A DNA stretch of 64,000 nt, taken from assembly GCA_903902795.1 (NCBI GenBank), contig CAIUWH010000015.1:13279-77278 (forward strand), in the 5' to 3' direction. Under the pieces are notes generated by a model. The model did not search any database and was not told where the DNA came from. It worked only from the letters and a program-made list of their open reading frames with translations. How positions within the stretch are numbered: the first letter of the stretch is position 1; every line of letters begins with the position of its first letter. Below are positions 49,938-60,916 of this stretch, piece after piece. The stretch comes from an uncultured Bacteroidota bacterium (GTDB lineage: Bacteria > Bacteroidota > Bacteroidia > Flavobacteriales > Flavobacteriaceae). A program made the position numbers and the translations under genes.

Positions 49938-52900
49938 ATGAAAAAAAATTTATTACTCTCATTTTTTTCATTGTTTTCATTTTTAGGTTATGCACAATTA
50001 CCTCTTGAAGGCTTTGAAGGCACATTCCCACCAACCGACTGGGCAGTTTTTGACATAAACGTAGGCGGAGCTACTGATTGGGCGACCAATCCGAATTCTT
50101 GCCAAGGAACTTTAGCTGCTTATATGAATAGGCAAAATATTGCTCAAGGCGTTACAAGTGAAGAATATTTGGCGACACGATTGGTTACAGTTCCTTTAAA
50201 TGGGGAATTGCGGTTCTTTTCAAGAACTTTTACTGCAGGTAATCAAGGAACTACCTATGAGGTGAAACTAGCACCTGGTACTGCAGCACAAAATGTACCT
50301 GCTTCGTACACCACAACTTTAGCTACCTATACTGAAGACCAACTTTCGGCAGTATTTAATGTATGTGATGAAAAAGTAATCAACTTATCTGCTTTTGCAG
50401 GCACCAATGTTTACATTGCTTTCGTGATGAAATACACGCAGCCTTCAAGTACTTTAACAGGCGATCGATGGTTATTGGATAATGTTCAAGTCATTGAAAG
50501 ATGTTTAGACCCAACTGCATTAGCAGCAGCTCCTTTAGCTACTTCTTCTACCTTAAGTTGGTCTGGATCTGGTGCTTCGTTCGATATTGAACATTTACTT
50601 GGAACTGCTGCTCCGACCGGAGTGCCGACAGGTTCCACTTTAACAAATAACTTCAACCAAACGGGTTTAACACCAAATACCAACTATTGTTATTATGTTC
50701 GAGCAGTTTGTGCTAATTCATCTAGCGCATGGGTTGGACCATTTTGCTATTTTACTTCTACGTTGCCACCAGTATGTGGCGGTAACTATGTTGATTCAGG
50801 TGGCACAGCAGGTATTTATCCTAATAATGCCGATGAAACTGTTACCATTTGTCCAATTAATCCAGGAGATGTAGTAACAGTAACATTTACGTCATTCAAT
50901 ACAGAAGCTAATTTTGACGGATTGTACGTTTATAATGGCAGTGTAGTTGGTGTTGGACAGATAGCTAGTGCAAATCCCGCTGGATTTGTTCCAGGTGGAG
51001 TTGCCGGTTCGTTTTGGGGAGCTACAATTCCAGGTCCATTTACATCCTCTGCACCTAATGGTTGTTTGACTTTCAGATTTAGAAGTGATGGTGTCGTTAA
51101 TCTTGCCGGATGGATTGCTAATGTAACGTGTGGACCACCACCAACCTGTCCTAGTCCAACTGGATTAAGTGTTACGGGAGTTTTATCTACTTCCGCAAGT
51201 GCAACATGGACATCCAATAGCACAGCAACAACCTATAACATAATTGCACTACCGTGTGGTTCGCCTGCTCCAAATGCCGGAACTACAGGATATCAAATAT
51301 CAACAACCAATACTAACGCACCAATAACAGGCTTAAATCCCGATACTTGTTACGACATTTACGTTAGAGACGAGTGTAGTTCAACAGATTTTAGTAATTG
51401 GATTGGCGTAACCAATATTATTACGCAACCAATACCGCCTGCTTGTGGTGGAATATATACCGATCCAGGTGGAGCTAATGCGAATTATGCTAATGGTTTA
51501 GACTCTACCATAACTATTTGTCCAACAGTTCCTGGTGAAGTTGTAACGGTAACGTTTACGGCTTTCAATACCGAAACTAACTGGGATGGATTGTATGTTT
51601 TCAATAGCAATGTATCTGGACAAAATCAGATTTCTAGTGGTAATCCTGCCAATAATGTACCTGGTGGAGTGCCAGGTTCATTCTGGGGAAATACGATTCC
51701 TGGTCCGTTTACATCCTCTCATCCATCGGGATGTTTAACGTTCCGTTTCAGAAGTGACGGTTCTGTAAATTTGTCGGGTTGGATTGCAAACATCACGTGC
51801 GGCTTGCCTCCTACATGTCCTACTCCAACTGGATTAGCTGCATCGATACCAACTTCAAATTCGGTAAATGTAACGTGGACATCCAATAGCACTGCCACGA
51901 CGTACAATATAATAGCTTTGCCTTGTGGTTCTCCGGCACCAAATGCAACAACTACAGGTTATCAAACTTCAACAACGAATATTAATGCGCCAATAACGGG
52001 CTTAAATCCCGATACATGTTACGACATTTATGTTAGAGACGAATGCGGCCCAGCGGATTTCAGTTTATGGATTGGTCCACGAACAATAACCACTCAAATC
52101 GCACCTCCCGTATGTGGTGGAGTATTTACAGATCCGGGTGGAGCAACTAATAATTACGCAAATAGCACGAACAATACCGTTACAATATGTCCTATTGTTC
52201 CTGGTGAACAAGTAACCGTAACTTTCACTTTCTTTGATACTGAGGACAATTTTGATGGATTGTATGTTTTTGACGGAAATTCTACGGCAGCACCACAAAT
52301 ATCAAGTACAAATGGTGCTGGTTTTGGCCCACTAACTCAACCTGGTTCATTTTGGGGTAGCACAATTCCTGGTCCGTTTACCTCTTCAAGTGCTGATGGT
52401 TGTTTGACTTTCACTTTCTTAAGCGACACTTCGGTTACTAATCCAGGTTGGATTGCTGATGTAACATGTCTTCCACCACCAACTTGTAGAAAACCAAACG
52501 ATTTAAACGCAACTGCTGTAGGATTAACAACAGCAACTTTGGGATGGACACAATTACCAAATCCTGATACTTCAACGGCAAGTGCATGGCAAGTCCTTAT
52601 ATTACCAGCTGGTTCACCTGCTCCAAATGCGGGAACTACGGGTTGGACTGATTCTCCTACAAATCCGTTTAATGCGGTAGGATTAACACAAGCAACTTGT
52701 TTTGATTATTATGTAAGAGCAGTATGTAACCCAACCGATTCAAGTTTATGGGCTGGTCCGTTTAACTTTTGCACCTTGATACCAAATGATGATTGTGAGG
52801 GCGCGATAACTGTTTTAACCAATCCAGACCAATCATGTACTAATTTTACGAACGGTTCCTTAATAGGTGCTACTCCATCCTCACAACAAAATGACTGCGC

Positions 52901-55900
52901 TGGGCAACCAACAGAAGATGTTTGGTTTCAATTTGTTGCAACCGCTCAAAATCACTCGGTTAATTTAAATAATGTCGTTGGAAATCAATTTGACTTAGGT
53001 TTTGCTGTTTATTCTGGAGTATGTCCTGGAGGCTTAACTGAAATTGATTGTCAGGCATTCGGAACTGCCGATGTATTAAATAATTTGACTATTGGCCAAA
53101 CCTACTTTATACGAGTATTTTTAGATCCGTTTGCTACTAATCAAAATATCACTTTTTCGGTTTGTGTTGGAACTATTCCTCCTCCAATTACGACAAATGA
53201 TACACAATTTACAAATGTTGAATTAGTAGAGGATGTCTTGTTTAATTCGACTTGTGCTTCGGTAACTAACGTTACAACATCAACGGGTACTAATTTCGGT
53301 TCTGTCAATGGAATTGGATATTTCAATAGAAATGGCTCAACATTCCCATTTAATGATGGGGTAGTTTTATCTTCTGGAAGTATAACCAATGTTCCTGGAC
53401 CTAACACTACTCAATCAAGTGATGGAAACCAAGCGTGGGTTGGAGATAACGATCTAAATGCTATCATTGCAGCTGCTACTGGTCAGCCCATGAACAGCAG
53501 AAATGCAACGATTTTGGAATTTGATTTTATTCCGCTTGTAGACAATATTAGTTTTGACTTTATTTTTGCTTCGGAAGAATATGGTACCTTCCAATGTACA
53601 TTCTCGGATGCGTTTGCCTTTTTACTCACTAATCTTGCTACAAATGTTACAACTAACTTGGCCGTTGTGCCAAATACCACAACACCAATATCAGTTGTAA
53701 CCATTAGAGATAATGCATTTAATAACGGTTGTCCTTCTGTTAACCCACAGTTTTTTGCTGATTTTTACGGACCTGCGCCCGGCTTAAACGTGTTGGGTTC
53801 TCCGACCAACTTCAATGGAAGTACGATTCCAATGACTGCTTCGTCTGCCGTTATTCCTGGTCAACAATACCATATTAAATTAGTGGTTGCAGATAGACAA
53901 GATAATATTTTAGACTCTGCTGTATTCTTAGAAGGTGGAAGTTTCAACTTCGGATTAGAATTAGGAATTGATTTCTTAATTTCAGGAGGAAATGCATTAT
54001 GTGCTGGAACTGCTAATCAATTAGTAAGCGATCTAGATCCAGCTTTGTATACTTTTGTATGGTCGAATCAAAATGGTGTAATACCAGGAGAAACTGGACC
54101 AAACTTGTTGATCAATCAAACAGGAACATATACTTTAGTAGCTACATTAATAAATACAACTTGTACTGCGACCGATACTATTGTTATTGAATATTATGAC
54201 CCAATAAACTTAGCTACGCCAAATAACTTGACAGCATGTAACAGCAGTGGTTTTGCTCAATTTACATTGAGTCAGAACAATGCTTCTGTATTAGGTATTT
54301 ATCCTGCTGCTCAACATACTGTAACTTACCATTTAACACAAGCTGATGCAACGGCAGGTGTAAATCCGTTACCAAATAACTACACAAATGTGGTTGCATT
54401 TTCGCAAACCATTTATGCACGTGTAACAAACGTTGCGGGTTGTTTCGGAACTTCTCAATTTAATTTGATTGTTCAAGATTTAACTCCTCAATTTACTCTT
54501 ACTCCTGAGCAAACTATATGCTCTGGTTCGAGCGGAACAATTAGTGTAACTCCAAGCAATTTTAATTTAGGTGATGCTACTTATTCTTGGACATTCAATA
54601 CTAATCCATTACCTGACACTACAAGTTCAATCTCTGTTGGTCAAGCGGGCACGTATACTGTGACTGTGAATAATTCAGGTTGTACTGCATCTGCTTCAAC
54701 ATCAGTATTAGTTATTGTATGTGATATTAATGTGTATGCATCTGCCGTTTGGATGGAAGATTGTACTACTCCAGGTGATGGAAAATTCTTCAACACAACT
54801 GGTTCTGGTGCTGATTTAATCAATCAGGACGGAAGTTTGTTCTCGATAAATTATGGCGTGCATGTTCAAAACTCAGCAACTTTACTAATGAGAGGTGCTG
54901 AAGTAAAAACACAAAAATCTGCTTCAAGTAATGTATGTAGCGCTCGTATGAACTATAGAGTATTCCCAACTGGAAATACACCTGGTACATTTACGCCGTG
55001 GAACTTACCTTTTTATAGCGATTGTAATGTCGGAACAGGAACTTTTGACGTTGGAGGTGGTCCATGTACCACTGGTCAACAAAAATGGCAATGCGTTTCT
55101 CAACCAGGTTGTACTGCCCCATTAGATTTAACTGCTTTAGCTCCAGGAAATTATACAATCCAAGTGTTCTACGATATCGATGGTAGCTTTACTACGACTA
55201 ATGGATGTGCGGACAACTTGACCATAGATAATGGTGGAAATTATTACGAGGCTACCTTTACAATTCAAGCTCCTGCTTTAATTTCTAGCACGAATCCGCT
55301 TACTTGTAACGGAAATAATGGAACTATTACCATTAGTAATTTGATTCCAAACCAAACCTATACCGTTACTTACAACGATGACGCTACACCTGTTGGCCCT
55401 TTAACTTTAACGGCTAACAGTAATGGTGAAATCATCATCAACGGATTAAACGCAGGTGTTTACGCGAACTTTAACTTTACAATTAATGGTTGCGACTCGC
55501 TGCTGTCTTCTAGTGCTACTCTTGTAGATCCAGGATTGCCAGTTGTTACAGTAAATAGTCCTGTGATTTGTAATGGAGCTTCGACCACTGTAACAGCTAC
55601 ACCGGCTGTACCTGGAAACTATACTTATGTTTGGACTGTTCCTGCTGGATTCCCAAATCCGGGTAATGTGGCTTCTTTTGCAACGAATGTTCCTGGCGAT
55701 TATACGGTTGTTATCACCCCTGTAGTTACAACTACTCTTTGTAATTTAGATTTTGAAACACCAACAGTAACTGGACAATTCCCTACCTTGGTTGATGAAA
55801 GTTTAGTTCCTTGCTGGGATACTACTGCTAGTGATGGAATTATGGAATTTTGGCCTTCACCAAATTATGAAAATGTATTAGCTTATCAAGGAAGTCAATT

Positions 55901-58052
55901 CATTGAAATGAATGGAAATTTCCCTGCAACAATCTTCCAAGATTTTACTGTTGAGCCTGGTTCAACTGTAAATATTTCATTTGCACATAGAGGTCGTCAA
56001 GGAAATGATACTGTTGGAGTTGAAATTGGACCTGTTGGCGGGCCTTATGTTAACCTAGGTAGTTTTACAGATGGCAATACTGCTTGGGTTCTACAAAATG
56101 TTAGCTACATTATACCTTTAACTACTGGCACTGATTATTCGTTACGATTTGTTTCTGTATCGAGTGCTGGAGGAAGTGCTTCTGTGGGTAATTATTTAGA
56201 TGCTGTTTCAATAACGACAGTTCAATGTAGTTCAGCACCAACAACTGGAACAGTAAGTTTATTGCCAAATGTAACGTTAACACTTACAACGTCGAATCAA
56301 AATCAAAGCGTTTGTATAAATACACCGATTGCACCTATTTTATATACGACTGTTAATGCTACCGATGTTACTGTAAGCGGACTTCCAACTGGTGTGTCTG
56401 GCGTATTTAATGCAGGTGAATTCACAATTAGTGGTAAACCTTCAGAAACGGGTACGTTTAACTACACCGTTACGACTGTCGGTGGATGTACTGTTGAAAC
56501 GGCTACAGGCACTCTAGTTGTCAACCCTGATTCAACTTTAGTGTTGAGCAATGGCAGTGATATTCAAAATCTTTGTATCAATACAGCAATCTCTGCTATT
56601 GAGTACACTTCTACTGCTGCTTCAGATGTGACCGTAACAGGCTTACCAAATGGAGTTACGGGTACCTTCAACGCTGGTGTACTTACTATATCTGGTACGC
56701 CAACTGAATCAGGAGTATTCAATTATAGTGTGACTACAGTGAGTACATGTGCAACTGTAACCTTAAATGGTACCATAACAGTTAATCCAGATGTTACTTT
56801 AACTTTAACATCTGCGAATGAAAACCAAACAGTTTGTATTAATACACCGATAGCGTCTATCGTATATTCTTCAACTAACACTACTGATGTAACAGTAGTT
56901 GGTTTACCAAACGGAGTAACTGGAACTTATAACTCAGGTGTATTTACAATCACTGGATCTCCGACAGAATCTGGAACTTTCAATTACACTGTTTCAACAG
57001 TTGGAACATGTGGAAACGCATCGCTTACTGGTACTATTATTGTGAATCCAAATGTTACTTTGAGTTTATCTTCTGGAAATAATGCACAAAACTTATGTAT
57101 TAATACAGCGATTACTAACATTGTGTATCAATCTGGAAATGGTGCTACTGGAATTAACGTTACAGGACTTCCAGCAGGCGTTTCTAGCTCACTTGTAGGT
57201 GACTTGTTAACTATCAGTGGAACTCCAACTGCTGCAGGAACATTTACTTACACGGTAACAACAACTGGCGGATGCTCAACTGCATCATTAACTGGAACTA
57301 TTGTAGTGAACAATTTAGTAACTCCAACTTTTAACTTCGGAACAAGTCTTGTGCTTTGTCCAGGTATTGTACCACCCGTGTTGCCAGGAACTTCAGAAAA
57401 TTCGATAACTGGAACTTGGTCACCAAGCACAATTAATACCGTTACAAGCGGAACCTATACGTTCACACCTGACGCAAATCAATGTGCAACGACCACGACT
57501 TTGACAGTTTCAATACAAAGCGCTTTTAACTTCATTGTTGATGGTGATTGTTTCGCCACTTCGTTTATACTATTTGCAGATCCAATTGACAATGGCTACG
57601 ATGAAGACACTGCTTCATACAGTTGGGTATTGAATGGAAACGTGGTAAGCACTGATCCTGAATTCAATGTAACAGCTTATGTTAATTCTACTTCTGTAGT
57701 AGAAGAACTTCCGCTAGTATTCACTTTAACCATAACAAGAGCTGATGGTTGTTCCAATACCAATTCATTTACAGTAACTAGAATTTACTGTGATATCCAA
57801 AATGGTATTTCGCCAAATGGTGATGGTAAAAATGAATTCTTTGATCTTGCTACATTCAATGTACGAACCCTTAGCATCTTTAACAGATATGGTACAAAAG
57901 TATACACTAAAGGAAATTATACTGTTGAATGGATAGGACAATCGGATGCTGGAGAAGAGTTACCAGATGGAACTTACTACTACGTTATCGAGTTTAATGA
58001 TAATCAAGATGCGAAAACAGGCTGGATTTACATCAATAGACAAAAAAGATAA
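49938..58052 (+). CDS. Giant T9SS type-B surface adhesin (choice-of-anchor J-like, FN3/CUB repeats, choice-of-anchor L-like, Ig-like repeats, gliding-motility CTD)
   Basis: Signal peptide; three CUB-like (FTSFNTE..FDGL..TFRFRSD) plus FN3 units; FASEEY...DSAVF domain; C-terminal NGISPNGDGKNEFF...FNRYG...DGTYYY. Confidence 0.88.
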   Translation: MKKNLLLSFFSLFSFLGYAQLPLEGFEGTFPPTDWAVFDINVGGATDWATNPNSCQGTLAAYMNRQNIAQGVTSEEYLATRLVTVPLNGELRFFSRTFTAGNQGTTYEVKLAPGTAAQNVPASYTTTLATYTEDQLSAVFNVCDEKVINLSAFAGTNVYIAFVMKYTQPSSTLTGDRWLLDNVQVIERCLDPTALAAAPLATSSTLSWSGSGASFDIEHLLGTAAPTGVPTGSTLTNNFNQTGLTPNTNYCYYVRAVCANSSSAWVGPFCYFTSTLPPVCGGNYVDSGGTAGIYPNNADETVTICPINPGDVVTVTFTSFNTEANFDGLYVYNGSVVGVGQIASANPAGFVPGGVAGSFWGATIPGPFTSSAPNGCLTFRFRSDGVVNLAGWIANVTCGPPPTCPSPTGLSVTGVLSTSASATWTSNSTATTYNIIALPCGSPAPNAGTTGYQISTTNTNAPITGLNPDTCYDIYVRDECSSTDFSNWIGVTNIITQPIPPACGGIYTDPGGANANYANGLDSTITICPTVPGEVVTVTFTAFNTETNWDGLYVFNSNVSGQNQISSGNPANNVPGGVPGSFWGNTIPGPFTSSHPSGCLTFRFRSDGSVNLSGWIANITCGLPPTCPTPTGLAASIPTSNSVNVTWTSNSTATTYNIIALPCGSPAPNATTTGYQTSTTNINAPITGLNPDTCYDIYVRDECGPADFSLWIGPRTITTQIAPPVCGGVFTDPGGATNNYANSTNNTVTICPIVPGEQVTVTFTFFDTEDNFDGLYVFDGNSTAAPQISSTNGAGFGPLTQPGSFWGSTIPGPFTSSSADGCLTFTFLSDTSVTNPGWIADVTCLPPPTCRKPNDLNATAVGLTTATLGWTQLPNPDTSTASAWQVLILPAGSPAPNAGTTGWTDSPTNPFNAVGLTQATCFDYYVRAVCNPTDSSLWAGPFNFCTLIPNDDCEGAITVLTNPDQSCTNFTNGSLIGATPSSQQNDCAGQPTEDVWFQFVATAQNHSVNLNNVVGNQFDLGFAVYSGVCPGGLTEIDCQAFGTADVLNNLTIGQTYFIRVFLDPFATNQNITFSVCVGTIPPPITTNDTQFTNVELVEDVLFNSTCASVTNVTTSTGTNFGSVNGIGYFNRNGSTFPFNDGVVLSSGSITNVPGPNTTQSSDGNQAWVGDNDLNAIIAAATGQPMNSRNATILEFDFIPLVDNISFDFIFASEEYGTFQCTFSDAFAFLLTNLATNVTTNLAVVPNTTTPISVVTIRDNAFNNGCPSVNPQFFADFYGPAPGLNVLGSPTNFNGSTIPMTASSAVIPGQQYHIKLVVADRQDNILDSAVFLEGGSFNFGLELGIDFLISGGNALCAGTANQLVSDLDPALYTFVWSNQNGVIPGETGPNLLINQTGTYTLVATLINTTCTATDTIVIEYYDPINLATPNNLTACNSSGFAQFTLSQNNASVLGIYPAAQHTVTYHLTQADATAGVNPLPNNYTNVVAFSQTIYARVTNVAGCFGTSQFNLIVQDLTPQFTLTPEQTICSGSSGTISVTPSNFNLGDATYSWTFNTNPLPDTTSSISVGQAGTYTVTVNNSGCTASASTSVLVIVCDINVYASAVWMEDCTTPGDGKFFNTTGSGADLINQDGSLFSINYGVHVQNSATLLMRGAEVKTQKSASSNVCSARMNYRVFPTGNTPGTFTPWNLPFYSDCNVGTGTFDVGGGPCTTGQQKWQCVSQPGCTAPLDLTALAPGNYTIQVFYDIDGSFTTTNGCADNLTIDNGGNYYEATFTIQAPALISSTNPLTCNGNNGTITISNLIPNQTYTVTYNDDATPVGPLTLTANSNGEIIINGLNAGVYANFNFTINGCDSLLSSSATLVDPGLPVVTVNSPVICNGASTTVTATPAVPGNYTYVWTVPAGFPNPGNVASFATNVPGDYTVVITPVVTTTLCNLDFETPTVTGQFPTLVDESLVPCWDTTASDGIMEFWPSPNYENVLAYQGSQFIEMNGNFPATIFQDFTVEPGSTVNISFAHRGRQGNDTVGVEIGPVGGPYVNLGSFTDGNTAWVLQNVSYIIPLTTGTDYSLRFVSVSSAGGSASVGNYLDAVSITTVQCSSAPTTGTVSLLPNVTLTLTTSNQNQSVCINTPIAPILYTTVNATDVTVSGLPTGVSGVFNAGEFTISGKPSETGTFNYTVTTVGGCTVETATGTLVVNPDSTLVLSNGSDIQNLCINTAISAIEYTSTAASDVTVTGLPNGVTGTFNAGVLTISGTPTESGVFNYSVTTVSTCATVTLNGTITVNPDVTLTLTSANENQTVCINTPIASIVYSSTNTTDVTVVGLPNGVTGTYNSGVFTITGSPTESGTFNYTVSTVGTCGNASLTGTIIVNPNVTLSLSSGNNAQNLCINTAITNIVYQSGNGATGINVTGLPAGVSSSLVGDLLTISGTPTAAGTFTYTVTTTGGCSTASLTGTIVVNNLVTPTFNFGTSLVLCPGIVPPVLPGTSENSITGTWSPSTINTVTSGTYTFTPDANQCATTTTLTVSIQSAFNFIVDGDCFATSFILFADPIDNGYDEDTASYSWVLNGNVVSTDPEFNVTAYVNSTSVVEELPLVFTLTITRADGCSNTNSFTVTRIYCDIQNGISPNGDGKNEFFDLATFNVRTLSIFNRYGTKVYTKGNYTVEWIGQSDAGEELPDGTYYYVIEFNDNQDAKTGWIYINRQKR

Positions 58053-58071
58053 AAAATAACTGTATTAAATA

Positions 58072-58108
58072 AAAAAAGGGAGATTGATTGATTCAGTCTC
58101 CCTTTTTT
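58072..58108. terminator. Bidirectional intrinsic terminator
   Basis: aaaaaagggagattga-ttgat-tcagtctcccttttttt-type stem between convergent genes. Confidence 0.75.
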
Positions 58109-58454
58109 AATACAATGATTTAGCTTCTTTGATCACATCCCTTAACGTACTATCTTTAAAACTATTTACTTCAAAATAACGAAGGGATTTAACTGTATTT
58201 CTATTTTCATCAACCAAAACATCTTGATGCAACTTCAGTTGAAAACCACGTGCAAAACCAACATCAACATACCCTTTCTTCTTATTCGGTGCCAAATAAC
58301 AAAATGGCTTCCTATTGTAATAAAAATAGGGAATACCCCATTTATAAAGTAATACTGTGCCGGGCACTTCTTGCTCCACCGCAGAAATCACATAGTATAA
58401 AATTTCTTGAAAAGTTTCCGATTGCTTTAGAATGTATACATCGGTTGGTTTCAT
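58107..58454 (-). CDS. DUF1801 (YdhG-like) protein
   Basis: YKWGIPYF...VGFARG motif; 115 aa. Confidence 0.75.
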   Translation of the reverse strand: MKPTDVYILKQSETFQEILYYVISAVEQEVPGTVLLYKWGIPYFYYNRKPFCYLAPNKKKGYVDVGFARGFQLKLHQDVLVDENRNTVKSLRYFEVNSFKDSTLRDVIKEAKSLY

Positions 58455-59830
58455 TAGTCAATTCCGTATTGATCAAACAAATAAATTAATGATGCCATTG
58501 CCGCGCCACCCAACTCTAATTCTCTCTTGTTTACGGAATCAAAGGTGTCGTTTGCAGCATGATGGTAATCAAAATACCGCTGTGAATCGGGTTGTAATCC
58601 TACTTTTACAATTTTTGCCGATTGTAACGGACCGATATCTACGCCTGTATGACCACTACTCCTTCTGAAAATATGAATCAAATACGGTTCAAAAAGTGTC
58701 CTCCAAGACAAAACCTTATCATAATTTGCATCATCACATAGAATTGAAAATCCTCTTGGTGTAAATCCGCCCGCATCACTTTCTAACGCAAAAATATGAT
58801 TCTCTCCCCTTTTATTCGATTCCTTTTCGTACTGCAAACCACCTCGCACTCCATTTTCTTCATTCATAAACAGAACAACGCGAATGGTGTTTTTGGGTTT
58901 GTAATTTATTTTTTTGAACAAATCGAGGACAGCCATACTTTGGACACAACCGGCTCCATCGTCTTGAGAACCATCACCTAAATCCCATGAATCCAAATGA
59001 CCACCTACAATCATAATGCGCTCGGGATGAACAGAACCAATAATTTCGCCAACTACATTGTACGACAACACATCAGGAAATACGGTACACGACTGCTTAA
59101 AAAAAAGTTTTGAATTCGGGTTTTCTTTAAGCAGTCTGCTCAATTGCTCTGCTCCATTTGTACTGATGGCAGCCGCAGGAATCTTTTGATCATTGGGAAC
59201 ATCCCCATAATTGGTAGAACCCGTATGTGGCAAATCGTCCAATCGTAAATTCATAGACCGCACAATAACTGCGATAGCTCCTAATTTTCCGGCCTCTCTA
59301 GCACCAGACGAACGCTGATCGACACATCCTCCATAGGCATGAAAAGTTTCAATGTGCTCGGGATTCATCGGTCGGTTGAAGAAGATAATCTTGCCGCGTA
59401 CCTTTTCTGCGCCAAGCACTTGCATTTCCTCTATCGATTTCACTTCAATAACATTTGCATTGATACCGGATTTCGAAGTAGCAACCGACATGCCTAACGC
59501 ACAGATTGGAAAGCTAATCTTTTTCGTTCCAACCTTTAGATACGCCACTTCTTGCTCTCCTCTCACCCATTTCGGAACCATTACTTCTTGAAGATAGACT
59601 TTGTCAAATCCGAGTGACTCCATTTTTTGCTTAGTGTACGCCACTGCTTTTTCCGCACCCGCAGAACCTGATAATCTTGAGCCTATTTTATTCGACAAAT
59701 CATCCAGCCAATAATAACATTGACTCTCGGTCAAAGCCGATTTGTAAATTTTCTTAAGTACTTCTTCATCGGAAACTTGTGAAAAAGAAAATAAAGGGAA
59801 GCACAATGCGAATAGAACTGACTTATTCAT
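58454..59830 (-). CDS. M28-family metallopeptidase (carboxypeptidase Q-like)
   Basis: GGHLDSWD, GSQDDGAG, FMNEENG, ESDAG, YHH zinc-ligand motifs; PA domain; signal peptide. Confidence 0.9.
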   Translation of the reverse strand: MNKSVLFALCFPLFSFSQVSDEEVLKKIYKSALTESQCYYWLDDLSNKIGSRLSGSAGAEKAVAYTKQKMESLGFDKVYLQEVMVPKWVRGEQEVAYLKVGTKKISFPICALGMSVATSKSGINANVIEVKSIEEMQVLGAEKVRGKIIFFNRPMNPEHIETFHAYGGCVDQRSSGAREAGKLGAIAVIVRSMNLRLDDLPHTGSTNYGDVPNDQKIPAAAISTNGAEQLSRLLKENPNSKLFFKQSCTVFPDVLSYNVVGEIIGSVHPERIMIVGGHLDSWDLGDGSQDDGAGCVQSMAVLDLFKKINYKPKNTIRVVLFMNEENGVRGGLQYEKESNKRGENHIFALESDAGGFTPRGFSILCDDANYDKVLSWRTLFEPYLIHIFRRSSGHTGVDIGPLQSAKIVKVGLQPDSQRYFDYHHAANDTFDSVNKRELELGGAAMASLIYLFDQYGID

Positions 59831-59892
59831 TGAATACATAATTTTTTCAAAAATAATTCAAAAAACACTTGGTACAACAAAATTATTTCAGT

Positions 59893-59911
59893 TACTTTGT
59901 CATTCAAAGTA
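59893..59911. promoter_or_regulatory. Palindromic operator TACTTTG-N5-CAAAGTA, copy 1
   Basis: tactttg tcatt caaagta, ending 6 nt before ATG 59918. Confidence 0.7.
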
Positions 59912-59917
59912 CTTTTT

Positions 59918-60526
59918 ATGGAAGCAAAAGATTATTTAAAAGACATTCAAGACATCAAATCGATGATGGCACAGTCGTCGCAATTTATTTCCCTTAGTGG
60001 ATTGTCGGGAATTTTAGCGGGTATCTATGCATTAATAGGCTCCTATTTTGCCTACTATCTCATAGAAAATGATCGCTCGTATTTTATTACACTAGAAAGT
60101 ACTACTTTTAAACTAATTGTTGTAATAGCATTAATGGTACTTGTATTTTCAATTGTTACTGCCTATTTGTTAACCATCCGAAAAGCTAAAAAAGTGGGTG
60201 AAAAAGTGTGGAACTCCACTTCCAAACGATTGATTATTAATTTTTGTATACCACTACTTACGGGAGGGATTTTTACTGTGTTATTGTTGAAGAATGGGTA
60301 TTACGGACTCATAGCACCCATTACACTTATTTTCTATGGAATGGCCTGTGTCAATGCCAGTAAATATACCTTGCGTGATGTGCGCTACCTAGGAATCACT
60401 CAAATAATTTTGGGATTAATAGCCACAGAATTTTCGGGATACGGTTTGTATTTTTGGGTACTTGGTTTCGGAATTTGTCATATCTTGTACGGAAGTATTA
60501 TGCATTATAAATACGATCGGAATTAA
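59918..60526 (+). CDS. Membrane protein, first gene of the wHTH/CreD operon
   Basis: YLKDIQDIKSMMAQSSQFISLSGLSG followed by about 6 TM segments. Confidence 0.8.
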   Translation: MEAKDYLKDIQDIKSMMAQSSQFISLSGLSGILAGIYALIGSYFAYYLIENDRSYFITLESTTFKLIVVIALMVLVFSIVTAYLLTIRKAKKVGEKVWNSTSKRLIINFCIPLLTGGIFTVLLLKNGYYGLIAPITLIFYGMACVNASKYTLRDVRYLGITQIILGLIATEFSGYGLYFWVLGFGICHILYGSIMHYKYDRN

Positions 60527-60570
60527 GATATTATAACCAAACAAACCTTATTTTACATCAAAACAAATTA

Positions 60571-60867
60571 GTGAAAACCATCATCCAAAATATAAACAAA
60601 GCCTTTGATCACCGAATACGACTCGGGATCATGTCGGTATTAATGGTAAACGACAGCGCCGATTTTAACATGCTTAAAGAATTATTAGGCGTAACCGATG
60701 GCAACCTCGCTTCACACACCAAAGCACTCGAATCTGAAAATTACATCCAAATTGAAAAACAATTCATCGGTAAAAAACCCAATACGCGCTACATCGCGAC
60801 CAAAGAAGGAAAAACTGCCTTCTCTGCTCACATCGATGCGCTCGAAAAGTTAATTTCCAAAACCTAA
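60571..60867 (+). CDS. Winged helix-turn-helix transcriptional regulator (MarR/ArsR-like)
   Basis: RIRLGIMSVL...TDGNLASHTKALE..YIQIEKQFIGKKPNT. Confidence 0.9.
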   Translation: MKTIIQNINKAFDHRIRLGIMSVLMVNDSADFNMLKELLGVTDGNLASHTKALESENYIQIEKQFIGKKPNTRYIATKEGKTAFSAHIDALEKLISKT

Positions 60868-60886
60868 ACCTATTTTTTTATCTATT

Positions 60887-60905
60887 TACTTTGAAATACA
60901 AAGTA
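60887..60905. promoter_or_regulatory. Palindromic operator TACTTTG-N5-CAAAGTA, copy 2
   Basis: tactttg aaata caaagta, ending 11 nt before ATG 60917. Confidence 0.7.
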
Positions 60906-60916
60906 CTTTTAATATT

